IMG/VR virus record: IMGVR_UViG_3300030106_006724
Coordinates: 25,201 to 89,200 of that record
DNA: 64,000 bases
DNA from: a virus
Reading direction: 5' to 3' (one strand)
The notes beneath the pieces were generated by a model. It searched no databases and was not told the origin of the DNA. It saw only the letters and a program-made list of their open reading frames with translations. This document shows positions 48,607 to 57,137 of the stretch, in pieces; within the stretch, counting starts at the first letter, position 1, and every line of letters begins with the position of its first letter. The position numbers and the translations under genes were made by a program.

Positions 48607-50925
48607 ATGCAAGGAACATTATTTTCTTCAGATTATGTTATAGATGCTAACGGTAACGAAAGATTAATTGAAATCAATACCGATACTGCATTTACACAAG
48701 AATTTATAGATAGCTATATAAACTTAACTGACTTTATTAACGTACTTTCGTCTAATAATATAGCAGAAGTAGTAGTAATATACAAAGATTTCCATTATAA
48801 TTTTGTTGAGAAGTTAGAAGCTACGTTAAGCTCTCAACTTCCCTCAGTAACTTTAACTAAACAGATTGAAGATATTAATAGTATTTATCCTAACTCAGTT
48901 ACTGATGCTGCTAATAAATTTATATTAAGACTTGCTTATAACGAAAATGCATTACTAGACTCTACTTATGCTAAAAATAAATTAAATCTATTTGAATTAT
49001 TTGTAGATAATAATAATACAACAGAAATAGCTGAATTTTATCATTCAGGTTCTAACGGTATTATAAATACTATTACAGCATCATCTAACGCATCAAATAT
49101 TCCTGATTATATTTCTAAACCATCTGAGGTTCAGCATCAAACATATAACTTATTTAAAGGAGTATCAGGCTCTACTGATCAAGAACAATTAGATAATATT
49201 ATTGAAGATGTAGAAAATATAGAACGAGTAGATAGGATGGTACAAAAATACCATTATAATAGCGGACAAGTAGTTAATAATAGAATTACTTCTATAAGAT
49301 TATTTTCAATAGTATATGATACTGATATAAAATTACTACATTTAGGAATAGCAAAAGCTTCTGCTATGTTAAATATTCCTGGAGTAGTCGAGTATGATAC
49401 CAGAGGAGTAGGTAGATTAAAACTTCAACATTATTATGAGTTTGCTACTAACTATCCTAAGTTTAATCGTAAGCAAGGAGGTTTTTTACCTACAGTACAT
49501 GTTTTAAAACCTGATAATTCAGGAGTTCAGATTAGCTCAGTTCAGTTAAATGATAGTTTAGCTTCATATTATGTTTCTGGCTCTCCTGATACTGATAGCG
49601 GTTCAGTATTAGTTCAATGGAGTATTCCTGGCAATGAAATTCCTTCCGGTTCTTATGTAACCAGCTCAATAGTACATACTGCTATGTCTTCATCAGCAGG
49701 TGATGCAGCTTTAGGAAGATTAGTAACTGATAGCGGTTACGAACTACCAGTAAGTCCTGCCTCGATATTTTTAGTACATGACTCAGCTTCTAATACGGTT
49801 ACTTTCGAAAGTATGCATAATATAAATCCTGGAGATAGTTTATTTAATTTAGATGGTAGTAAGTATTTAATATCTCAATCTCTTCTTGATGTTTATTCTA
49901 ATCAGGATAATCCAATTTATGAATTAAATATGGAATCTACCGATATGTACATATTAAGTTCATCAGGTATATTAGTTCATAATGCTCCTTGTTTTATAGC
50001 AGGAACTATGATTGAATGCGAAGATTCAGTTAAACCTATTGAAATAATTGACCCAGGAGAAAAAGTATTAACTTATAATCACGAAACTAACGAAATAGAA
50101 CCTAAAGAAGTATTAGAAATATGTGTTTGTAAAGATACTCCTGTTATTAAAATTACTATAGGAGAAATAGAAGTTACTTGTACTCATGATCATCCTTTCT
50201 ATATTGAAAATAAAGGGTACGCTTCTTATAATCCAATACAGACATACGAAGATGCTGGAATGGAAGTAGCTAAATTAGAAATAGGAGACAAGGTATTAGA
50301 TGCTAATAAAGTATATACTGAAGTAAAAAGTATAGAAGAGTTAGAGGAACATGAAACTGTATATAATTTAAAGCAGGTTAAAGATAATCATAATTTTTAT
50401 GCTAATAGTTTTTTAGTTCATAATAGAGGAGGTTTTTGTTTTGCAGCTGGTAGTGAAGTAGCGTTAGCTAATGGAGATTATAAAAATATAGAAGATATAG
50501 TAATAGGAGATCAAGTTTTAAGTTGGAATGAAGAAACACATAAAGTGGAAGCTGATACTGTTTACGATATTACTAAACCAGTTTATAGCAATCTAATAGA
50601 CTTAACTTTTGAAAATTCATATACTAATAAAGAATCTAATATTAGCTATATTAGTTGTACTAAAGATCATCCTATATATATTTGGAATGAAGATAATTTT
50701 AAACTAGCATCTTCTGATCCAGATAGAAGTAATGAAATTTATGATATTCCTCACAAAGTTGAAAAATTAGTAATAGGTAATAATGCTATTAATATTCATA
50801 ACGGTCACAGTGAATTAAAAGATTTACAATTTGCTGAAGATAAAGATCCACAAGTTACGTATTGTTTAAGAGTTAAAAATAATAATAACTTTTTTGTTAA
50901 TAATATTTTAGTACACAATAAATAA
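48607..50925 (+). CDS. Circularly permuted ATP-grasp-like domain fused to three tandem Hint domains
   Basis: N-terminal SDYVID..G..RLIEINT, YISKP, VQKY; Hint1 GF...ILVHN (49480-49983), Hint2 CF..GT/THDH/LVHN (49990-50424), Hint3 CF..GS/TKDH/LVHN (50437-50919); TATTTAT at 48585. Confidence 0.8.
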   Translation: MQGTLFSSDYVIDANGNERLIEINTDTAFTQEFIDSYINLTDFINVLSSNNIAEVVVIYKDFHYNFVEKLEATLSSQLPSVTLTKQIEDINSIYPNSVTDAANKFILRLAYNENALLDSTYAKNKLNLFELFVDNNNTTEIAEFYHSGSNGIINTITASSNASNIPDYISKPSEVQHQTYNLFKGVSGSTDQEQLDNIIEDVENIERVDRMVQKYHYNSGQVVNNRITSIRLFSIVYDTDIKLLHLGIAKASAMLNIPGVVEYDTRGVGRLKLQHYYEFATNYPKFNRKQGGFLPTVHVLKPDNSGVQISSVQLNDSLASYYVSGSPDTDSGSVLVQWSIPGNEIPSGSYVTSSIVHTAMSSSAGDAALGRLVTDSGYELPVSPASIFLVHDSASNTVTFESMHNINPGDSLFNLDGSKYLISQSLLDVYSNQDNPIYELNMESTDMYILSSSGILVHNAPCFIAGTMIECEDSVKPIEIIDPGEKVLTYNHETNEIEPKEVLEICVCKDTPVIKITIGEIEVTCTHDHPFYIENKGYASYNPIQTYEDAGMEVAKLEIGDKVLDANKVYTEVKSIEELEEHETVYNLKQVKDNHNFYANSFLVHNRGGFCFAAGSEVALANGDYKNIEDIVIGDQVLSWNEETHKVEADTVYDITKPVYSNLIDLTFENSYTNKESNISYISCTKDHPIYIWNEDNFKLASSDPDRSNEIYDIPHKVEKLVIGNNAINIHNGHSELKDLQFAEDKDPQVTYCLRVKNNNNFFVNNILVHNK

Positions 50926-50928
50926 ATT

Positions 50929-51069
50929 ATGTCAGCACCAATATATAAAACAGTTTCATTTAGTGAAGTCAAAGAAGGAAAACTAAACTCAGTTGATTCT
51001 ACTCAAGAAACTAATACTAAAGCTATTATAGGAAGATTTATAACTTACTTTAAAGCAAAACACTTATAA
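50929..51069 (+). CDS. Small protein, 46 aa (not in ORF track)
   Basis: MSAPIYKTVSFSEVKEG...FITYFKAKHL; 3 nt after the Hint gene. Confidence 0.65.
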   Translation: MSAPIYKTVSFSEVKEGKLNSVDSTQETNTKAIIGRFITYFKAKHL

Positions 51070-51073
51070 AAAT

Positions 51074-51104
51074 AGTTGCTTTTTCGAGTTATTTTACTTA
51101 TATT
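51074..51104 (+). promoter_or_regulatory. Early/middle promoter AGTTG-N20-TATATT
   Basis: Exact motif. Confidence 0.75.
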
Positions 51105-51118
51105 ATTATTTAAATGTT

Positions 51119-51313
51119 ATGATTATGAACCAGTTATTTTTTATAAAATCACATAAAGTTAACCATAAAACTATAGATTCAGTAATGGAAGGTTGCCATA
51201 TTGAATTAGATGGTTATCGATACGAACAACTTAATAAAAGACCTTTTGGTAGATCGATTGAGAGAAGATTGAGAAGTATGGATGAAGAAACTCAATTAGT
51301 AGTCTATAAGTAA
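51119..51313 (+). CDS. Hypothetical protein
   Basis: Follows promoter. Confidence 0.6.
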   Translation: MIMNQLFFIKSHKVNHKTIDSVMEGCHIELDGYRYEQLNKRPFGRSIERRLRSMDEETQLVVYK

Positions 51314-51669
51314 TGGAAAAACTAAATTGGTATTATATTTTTCTAGGGTTTGTAGTTACTGTTATAGCTCAGATAGGAGCTTGGTTTCAACATAATCTTC
51401 AATTTAAAGATCCTAAATACGATGAAACTTGGTGGGGTATGTATGCTTTGGCTATACCTCTAACTTATGTTTTTATTTTAGCTACTAAATATAATGTAGT
51501 TGGGTATGGAGGTTCTATATGGGGAGCTAGATTTGTAGGTTTTGCTTTAGGAATGTTAGTATATGCTATAATGATTCAAATATTTTTTAAAGAACCTTTT
51601 ACTATCAAGATAGCAGTTCAGTTATTATTATGTTTTACTATATTAGCAGTCCAAGCTTTTTGGAAATAA
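51313..51669 (+). CDS. Four-TM membrane protein (SMR/DMT-like size)
   Basis: Four hydrophobic helices in 118 aa. Confidence 0.65.
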   Translation: MEKLNWYYIFLGFVVTVIAQIGAWFQHNLQFKDPKYDETWWGMYALAIPLTYVFILATKYNVVGYGGSIWGARFVGFALGMLVYAIMIQIFFKEPFTIKIAVQLLLCFTILAVQAFWK

Positions 51670-51672
51670 ATT

Positions 51673-52200
51673 ATGGATATAAAAATTATTTACGGATCAG
51701 ATACAGGTAATACAGAAGATGTAACTAATATGATAGTTGATCTTTTAATGGCAGGCGAAGGTAGGTACATTACAAAAATAGTAACTGTTGAAGATTTAGA
51801 GCCTGAAGATTGGACCTCTCACGATTATTACTTTTTAGGTATTCCTACTTGGTACGATGGAGAACTTCAGAGTGATTGGGAAGAATACTTTGAAGAATTT
51901 AAAACTATAGATTTTACTGGTAAAACAGTAGCTATATTTGGATTAGGAGATCAATATACTTATGCTACGTGGTTCTGTGACGGAGTAGGAATATTAGCTA
52001 AAGTTATTATGGAAAATGGAGGTAAAGTTATAGGTTATACTGAAAAAGATGACTCTTATGATTTTGAAACTATTCCTAAAGCTTTATTAGATGAAAATAC
52101 TTTTTATGGGTTATGTATTGACCAGGATAATCAAGAAGAATTAACTGAAAGTAGAGTTAATAACTGGGTTGAAAAAGTTAAAAAAGAGTTGGAATCCTGA
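51673..52200 (+). CDS. fldA: Long-chain flavodoxin
   Basis: YGSDTGNTE, GIPTWYDGELQSDW, AIFGLGDQ, GLCIDQDNQ. Confidence 0.92.
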   Translation: MDIKIIYGSDTGNTEDVTNMIVDLLMAGEGRYITKIVTVEDLEPEDWTSHDYYFLGIPTWYDGELQSDWEEYFEEFKTIDFTGKTVAIFGLGDQYTYATWFCDGVGILAKVIMENGGKVIGYTEKDDSYDFETIPKALLDENTFYGLCIDQDNQEELTESRVNNWVEKVKKELES

Positions 52201-52217
52201 TATATTTTTCTTATATT
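52187..52217 (+). promoter_or_regulatory. Early/middle promoter AGTTG-N20-TATATT
   Basis: Exact motif. Confidence 0.75.
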
Positions 52218-52236
52218 TATAGATAAAGGAAGTAAT

Positions 52237-52479
52237 ATGGCAGATACAAATAGATACGTAGTAAAAATTGAAGCTTACGTTTATGGTAAAGATGATTATC
52301 ATGTAAGAATGAAAGCTCATAAAATGCTCGATAAAATTAACGCTGATAACTTAAATGCAGATGCTGAAATAAAAGAACTTGGTTCTCAACCTTTCGGTAC
52401 CTTTAAGTATAGAGAATTAGAAGACTTTAGTCGACCATCTAAATTAGATGAACCTGACGATAGTCCTTTACCGTTTTAA
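52237..52479 (+). CDS. Hypothetical protein with acidic DD-x-LPF tail
   Basis: Ends EPDDSPLPF, an SSB-like C-terminal motif. Confidence 0.65.
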   Translation: MADTNRYVVKIEAYVYGKDDYHVRMKAHKMLDKINADNLNADAEIKELGSQPFGTFKYRELEDFSRPSKLDEPDDSPLPF

Positions 52480-52480
52480 T

Positions 52481-52705
52481 ATGTTTGAAATTATAAGAAT
52501 TGTAAGTGGCTATTTAGTCATAGGTTGTATTTGGATAATATGGTTCGAATGGTTTTGTAAAAAAAATAAAATAGGAGGTGCATTTACTAATCAAGAAAGA
52601 TATATTCAGTTAGTATTATGGCCTTTAAATTTATCTGTATTCCTTTTTACTTGGATACAGGAGGCTTTTAAAAATAGTAACGATGGCGGACCTAGCGGTT
52701 ATTAA
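52481..52705 (+). CDS. Small membrane protein
   Basis: Two TMs; VLWP. Confidence 0.6.
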   Translation: MFEIIRIVSGYLVIGCIWIIWFEWFCKKNKIGGAFTNQERYIQLVLWPLNLSVFLFTWIQEAFKNSNDGGPSGY

Positions 52706-53396
52706 AGAAATAATTAAAGAAACTAAAAATGTATGGAGATTTAAAATAGAATCTCCTTTATACGATAAATTAAATTATAAACCAGGACAACTTATTAATT
52801 TATTTTTAAGAAGTCCTATGGATCCTCCTCACGTAAGAAGTTATTCTATTTCTTCTTGGCCTGATGATACAAATCAACTAGAGATAATAGTTACCGATCA
52901 GCCTGGCGGTATTATGAGTGAATTATTATTTAGACAAGCTAAGGTAGGAACTGAATTAGAATATAGTGGACCTATGGGGGTATTTACCCTTCCGGAAGAA
53001 ATTAATAGAGATATTTTCTTTGTTTGTACTGGTTCAGGTATAAGTCCTTTTAGATCCATGGTAAATTACGTTACTAAAAATAATATTAAGACTAAAAATA
53101 TTCATCTTATATATGGTTGTAGAACTAAAGCAGATCTACTTTATTACGATGAATTAAAAGAATTAGAAAAAGAAAATCCTAACTTTCATTATCATTGTAC
53201 TCTTTCTAGAGAGAAAGTAGAAGGATTTCATAACGGTTATGTTCATCCAATTTATTTAGATTTAATTAAAGATCTAAAAAATAAACCTCTATTCTACTTA
53301 TGTGGTTGGAAGCAGATGATTACCGATGTTAGAACTAATCTAAATAGATTAGATTATAAGATGGGTAAAGATATAAGGATAGAAATATTCGGATAA
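52683..53396 (+). CDS. FNR-family FAD/NAD(P) oxidoreductase
   Basis: YKPGQ, RSYSISS, GGIMS, GPMGVF, TGSGISPF, YLCGW, EIFG. Confidence 0.9.
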   Translation: MADLAVIKEIIKETKNVWRFKIESPLYDKLNYKPGQLINLFLRSPMDPPHVRSYSISSWPDDTNQLEIIVTDQPGGIMSELLFRQAKVGTELEYSGPMGVFTLPEEINRDIFFVCTGSGISPFRSMVNYVTKNNIKTKNIHLIYGCRTKADLLYYDELKELEKENPNFHYHCTLSREKVEGFHNGYVHPIYLDLIKDLKNKPLFYLCGWKQMITDVRTNLNRLDYKMGKDIRIEIFG

Positions 53397-53399
53397 ATC

Positions 53400-54518
53400 T
53401 TGAAAAATAAAAAGGTTATAATATCTAAGGATAGAATATTTTATTCTGACGGTAATAAAAATAAAGGTATCGTTATGGATAAAATAGCTAAACCTATTAC
53501 TGAAGAGTTCTGTAGTATAGTAGGTAAGAGTAGAGGAGATATACTAGATATAGGATTTGGTTTAGGATACTCAGCTGATAGATTTTATTCTATGGGTGTT
53601 AAGAGTTATACTTGTATCGAAATTAATAAGCAAATTTATGATACAGCTATAAAGTGGGCAGAAGATAAAGATAATGTTAATATTATTTACGGAGACTGGA
53701 TAGATATAATTCCAACTCTTAATAAAAAATTTGATGGTATCTTTATGGATACCTATGAAGATAAAAATTATTCTAAATTTGAAGATTATGCAAAATTAAT
53801 CTCAAATGAAAATTGTTGTTTATCAATTTATGAATATCCTGAACTTAAAAGTTTAAATTTATTAAATTCAAAAGCTATAAAATTAGAACAAGAAGGTTAT
53901 GAATTGCTATTAAAACCTTATCATAGAGTATGTTGGACATATTTCGTAGCTAATAAATTTAGAAAAAATAAGTTCTTTAGTTCTAAAAAGTTACTCTCAA
54001 AAAAGCTATGTAATAAATTAATATCAGATAATAAAGATTCTCTTATTAAAGAAGAAGTAGAGAAAGAAGTAGATGGTATTTTACATAAAAGAATCTATAA
54101 GTTTACTAATTTAAAATATAATAAAGCTTTTGAAGATATATTAAATAATACTTTCTTCTTAAATTATCAAAAAGTAAACTTAAAAGATATATTATGCGTT
54201 ATGGTTGAATACGGTGTAGGTGAAGGTTACGATAGACATGTTGAAACTATTAAAGGATTATCTTTAGATCATAAAGAGCAATATAATATGATATACGACT
54301 TTACTCTTAATGATGATTATGAAGGAGGAGAAGTTGAAATATATGACGCATGGCATAAAAATGACAGAGATACATTTTCAGCTATAAAACCTAATATAGG
54401 AGAATGTTTAATTTACAAACCTTATCAACATGCTACTTATAAGAAAGTAACTAAAAATAAAAAGTATCAAATCATAGTAATGATTAAAAATAAAGATTTA
54501 AAAAAAACTTTAATATAA
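53400..54518 (+). CDS. Methyltransferase fused to a 2OG-Fe(II) oxygenase-like domain
   Basis: ILDIGFGLG, CIE, FDGIFMDTY; C-terminal YDRHVE, LNDDYEGGE, H..KKVT; ends KKTLI. Confidence 0.75.
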   Translation: MKNKKVIISKDRIFYSDGNKNKGIVMDKIAKPITEEFCSIVGKSRGDILDIGFGLGYSADRFYSMGVKSYTCIEINKQIYDTAIKWAEDKDNVNIIYGDWIDIIPTLNKKFDGIFMDTYEDKNYSKFEDYAKLISNENCCLSIYEYPELKSLNLLNSKAIKLEQEGYELLLKPYHRVCWTYFVANKFRKNKFFSSKKLLSKKLCNKLISDNKDSLIKEEVEKEVDGILHKRIYKFTNLKYNKAFEDILNNTFFLNYQKVNLKDILCVMVEYGVGEGYDRHVETIKGLSLDHKEQYNMIYDFTLNDDYEGGEVEIYDAWHKNDRDTFSAIKPNIGECLIYKPYQHATYKKVTKNKKYQIIVMIKNKDLKKTLI

Positions 54519-54688
54519 TGTCGATGAATAAATACTGGAGATTATGGGCTCAAGCATTAGGTGAAAAAACAGGACAAAGTAATGAAGAAGCAGATGCAGT
54601 AGCAAGATTTAGAACTATATTAATATTACAAGCTGTTATAACTAATGTGCTAATATCTATTAATATATTAATTACTTGGTTAAAATAA
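54518..54688 (+). CDS. Small membrane protein, 56 aa (not in ORF track)
   Basis: WRLWAQALGEK...EADAVARFRT followed by a TM. Confidence 0.65.
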   Translation: MSMNKYWRLWAQALGEKTGQSNEEADAVARFRTILILQAVITNVLISINILITWLK

Positions 54689-54698
54689 CTAAGAAAAA

Positions 54699-54729
54699 AG
54701 TTGCTTTTCTGGAAAATTTTTACTATATT
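54699..54729 (+). promoter_or_regulatory. Early/middle promoter AGTTG-N20-TATATT
   Basis: Exact motif. Confidence 0.75.
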
Positions 54730-54756
54730 AAGGTATATTAAAAATTAAAAACGGTT

Positions 54757-55260
54757 ATGAAATATAAAAATTCTACTAAAATTATATCTGGTTCAGATAG
54801 TAAAAAAGCTAAAAACGAAAAAAAAGACTGTGTAGTAAAAGCTATTGCTTCTTCTACTAGTGTGGATTATAATACTGCTCATAGTTGGGTTAAAGAAAAC
54901 TTTGAGAGAGAAGATAAAAAAGGAACTAGTAATTGGATGATTTCTAAAAGATTTAAAAATGAAAAAATGGAAATCGGAGGTAAAGAGTTCAAAGTTAGAA
55001 AACTAAAAAGCTGGGAAACTACAAATAGTTATAAGCTTTATGGTGAGTTAATAAATCGTCAGAAAACTGTTAAGTCTTTTAGAAAAGATAAACCTAACGG
55101 TACTTATATGGTATTAGTTAGTAAGCATGCTTTTACTATTAAAGAAGGTACTTTGATAGATAATGTAGGAGAAGAATGGAGACCTACTAGAAAAGTAATC
55201 GGAGCTTATCAGTTTGTTCCAGTTAGTAAAGAAGTTCAACTTTCCCTAGATTTTTCTTAG
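54757..55260 (+). CDS. Hypothetical protein, possible papain-like Cys-His-Asp peptidase fold
   Basis: DCVVKAIA ... KHAFTIKEGTLID. Confidence 0.55.
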   Translation: MKYKNSTKIISGSDSKKAKNEKKDCVVKAIASSTSVDYNTAHSWVKENFEREDKKGTSNWMISKRFKNEKMEIGGKEFKVRKLKSWETTNSYKLYGELINRQKTVKSFRKDKPNGTYMVLVSKHAFTIKEGTLIDNVGEEWRPTRKVIGAYQFVPVSKEVQLSLDFS

Positions 55261-55265
55261 GGAAT

Positions 55266-55296
55266 AGTTGGAAGTCTGAGAAAAAGTTCTTATATT
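55266..55296 (+). promoter_or_regulatory. Early/middle promoter AGTTG-N20-TATATT
   Basis: Exact motif, preceded by hairpin TTCCCTAG..TTAGGGAA. Confidence 0.75.
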
Positions 55297-55326
55297 TAAG
55301 TATATAAATCAATAATAAAAAAGGTT

Positions 55327-56241
55327 ATGTCAAATCAATTAATTTTCGAAACTCTTAAAGCTAAAGAGGATAAACTGCAAGCTAAATTAGATAAATTACA
55401 AGAAAAACATAGAGAAGTTAGAGATGCTAAAACTAAAGCTCTTAACGATACTTTAAGATCTTATTTTGAACCAACTATTGCAGGTGATTCAGCTACTAAC
55501 TTAGTAGATGTTAAGTATGAAACTTCTTATGGTTCTTCTATGGAGATTACTGCTCAAGGTAATTCATATGAAAAAGACGTATGGAATCAAGAAAAAGAAG
55601 AATATGAAGTTAAAACTTTATTTAGAAGAAAAGAAGTATGTACTGTAAAAGTAAAAGAGTATAGTAGATATGATAATGACGAAGATACTGGAGATCATTT
55701 TACTGATTTAGGTATTAGTACTTATTCTTCTTCTGATAATTACTCAGAGTTTACTTTAGATAGAATGTTATTTACTGGTCAAGTTGCTTTAACTATTAAA
55801 GACTTTAAAGATGATATCTTAGCTGATATGAATAAAGTTTATGAGCAGCATACTAAATTAACTGATAAGTCATTGGATAAAGTAAATGTGGTTAGGGATC
55901 AGATCCAAGAAATCGAAGATCAGAGATCTAAATTTAAGCATGATATCTTCATGGAAGATCTTAAGAATGGTATCGAACTTTTAGATGATAAAACTGCTTC
56001 GATCCAGGTAAGATACGATTGGCATGTTGGTAGCATTATAGCTGCTAAGATTACTAGAACTTCTTACTCAGGTAAGTCTGTTGACTTAGAAGTTAAGACT
56101 AAAGGAAGATCTTGGAATAGTGAAACTGAAAAGTATGAAGATCAGATCTTTACTAAGACTTTAGATAAAGTAAGAGTTTCTAAACTTCAGGATTCTTTTT
56201 TAAACGGTTATAGTAATTTAACTTGGAAAAAAGTATCGTAA
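55327..56241 (+). CDS. Hypothetical coiled-coil protein
   Basis: Long ORF after promoter. Confidence 0.75.
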   Translation: MSNQLIFETLKAKEDKLQAKLDKLQEKHREVRDAKTKALNDTLRSYFEPTIAGDSATNLVDVKYETSYGSSMEITAQGNSYEKDVWNQEKEEYEVKTLFRRKEVCTVKVKEYSRYDNDEDTGDHFTDLGISTYSSSDNYSEFTLDRMLFTGQVALTIKDFKDDILADMNKVYEQHTKLTDKSLDKVNVVRDQIQEIEDQRSKFKHDIFMEDLKNGIELLDDKTASIQVRYDWHVGSIIAAKITRTSYSGKSVDLEVKTKGRSWNSETEKYEDQIFTKTLDKVRVSKLQDSFLNGYSNLTWKKVS

Positions 56242-56450
56242 GTATAATTAATAAGACTGATTTAGTCATCATGAGCTGCAACTGTTTAGAGCAGCTCTTG
56301 GTGGCTGAAAAGTATGCAGATCGAGCCGAAGACTTTATGTTGTTTAAGTTTGGATCTGGTTTAACTGCTGAAGAAGTAGTAATTTATGATGAGTTTAGGA
56401 GTAATAATAAGCAGAAAATAGCTGCTAAGAAAATAATGTTAAAAAATTAA
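56223..56450 (+). CDS. Hypothetical protein
   Basis: ORF in operon. Confidence 0.5.
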   Translation: MEKSIVSIINKTDLVIMSCNCLEQLLVAEKYADRAEDFMLFKFGSGLTAEEVVIYDEFRSNNKQKIAAKKIMLKN

Positions 56451-56451
56451 T

Positions 56452-56652
56452 ATGTTAATAATAAAAGTAGGTAAAAAAGAAAATATAAATCAAGCTGTAA
56501 AGCGATTAAAAAGAAAGGTCCGTAATACTGGTCTTATTAAACAGATAAGAGAGAATAAGTATTTTGAGAAACCTTCTGCTGCTAGAAGAAAGAAAAAACA
56601 AAAAGCTGTCTTTCAGAAGAATTGGGAACTTAAAAACGGAATAGATGTATAG
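56452..56652 (+). CDS. rpsU: Ribosomal protein bS21
   Basis: MLIIKV..ENINQAVKRLKRKV..TG...IRE..YFEKPS..RR. Confidence 0.92.
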   Translation: MLIIKVGKKENINQAVKRLKRKVRNTGLIKQIRENKYFEKPSAARRKKKQKAVFQKNWELKNGIDV

Positions 56653-56750
56653 CGATTTAAACGTAACAGAAGAAGGTATGCTAGTTTTTATAGTTACCGC
56701 GTTGTTGTTATATATGTTAACTTATTTAATAGATAATAAAAAATAAAAGT

Positions 56751-57128
56751 ATGAACCATTTTATGAATAACGGAAAAGAATATCTTAAAAAAGATAAAGT
56801 ACGTCATTTTAGGTCTAATCAAGGTAGAAGCCCTCAACAAGAAAGAGGAAATAATATAGCTGCTTTTATTAGTATAGTTGGGTTAATAATAACTTTTATA
56901 ATAATATTGTTAACTAGCTGCTCTAAAGAGCCTGCAATATTAGATAATTGTTTAGAAGATAAAGATCCAAATATGGTTTGTACTATGGATGTAAATTATC
57001 AATGTGGATGTGATGGTTGGATATATATTAATCCTTGTCATGCTACTAAAAATGGAGTTAAAAGAATTAGACCTCACGATCCATCTTATCCAGATGGTTA
57101 TTCAGGTGATGGTTGTCAACCTTGGTAA
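56751..57128 (+). CDS. Membrane/lipoprotein with a Kazal-like domain
   Basis: TM ending LTS-C-SKE; C-x6-CGCDG-x2-Y-x-NPC-x-A-x3-GV. Confidence 0.65.
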   Translation: MNHFMNNGKEYLKKDKVRHFRSNQGRSPQQERGNNIAAFISIVGLIITFIIILLTSCSKEPAILDNCLEDKDPNMVCTMDVNYQCGCDGWIYINPCHATKNGVKRIRPHDPSYPDGYSGDGCQPW

Positions 57129-57137
57129 ATTAAAATT

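Noticed and set aside
49480-50922. Hint domains as classical mobile inteins
   Set aside because: No homing endonuclease, no Cys/Ser/Thr at +1, and they do not interrupt a conserved host protein; treated as BIL-type domains.
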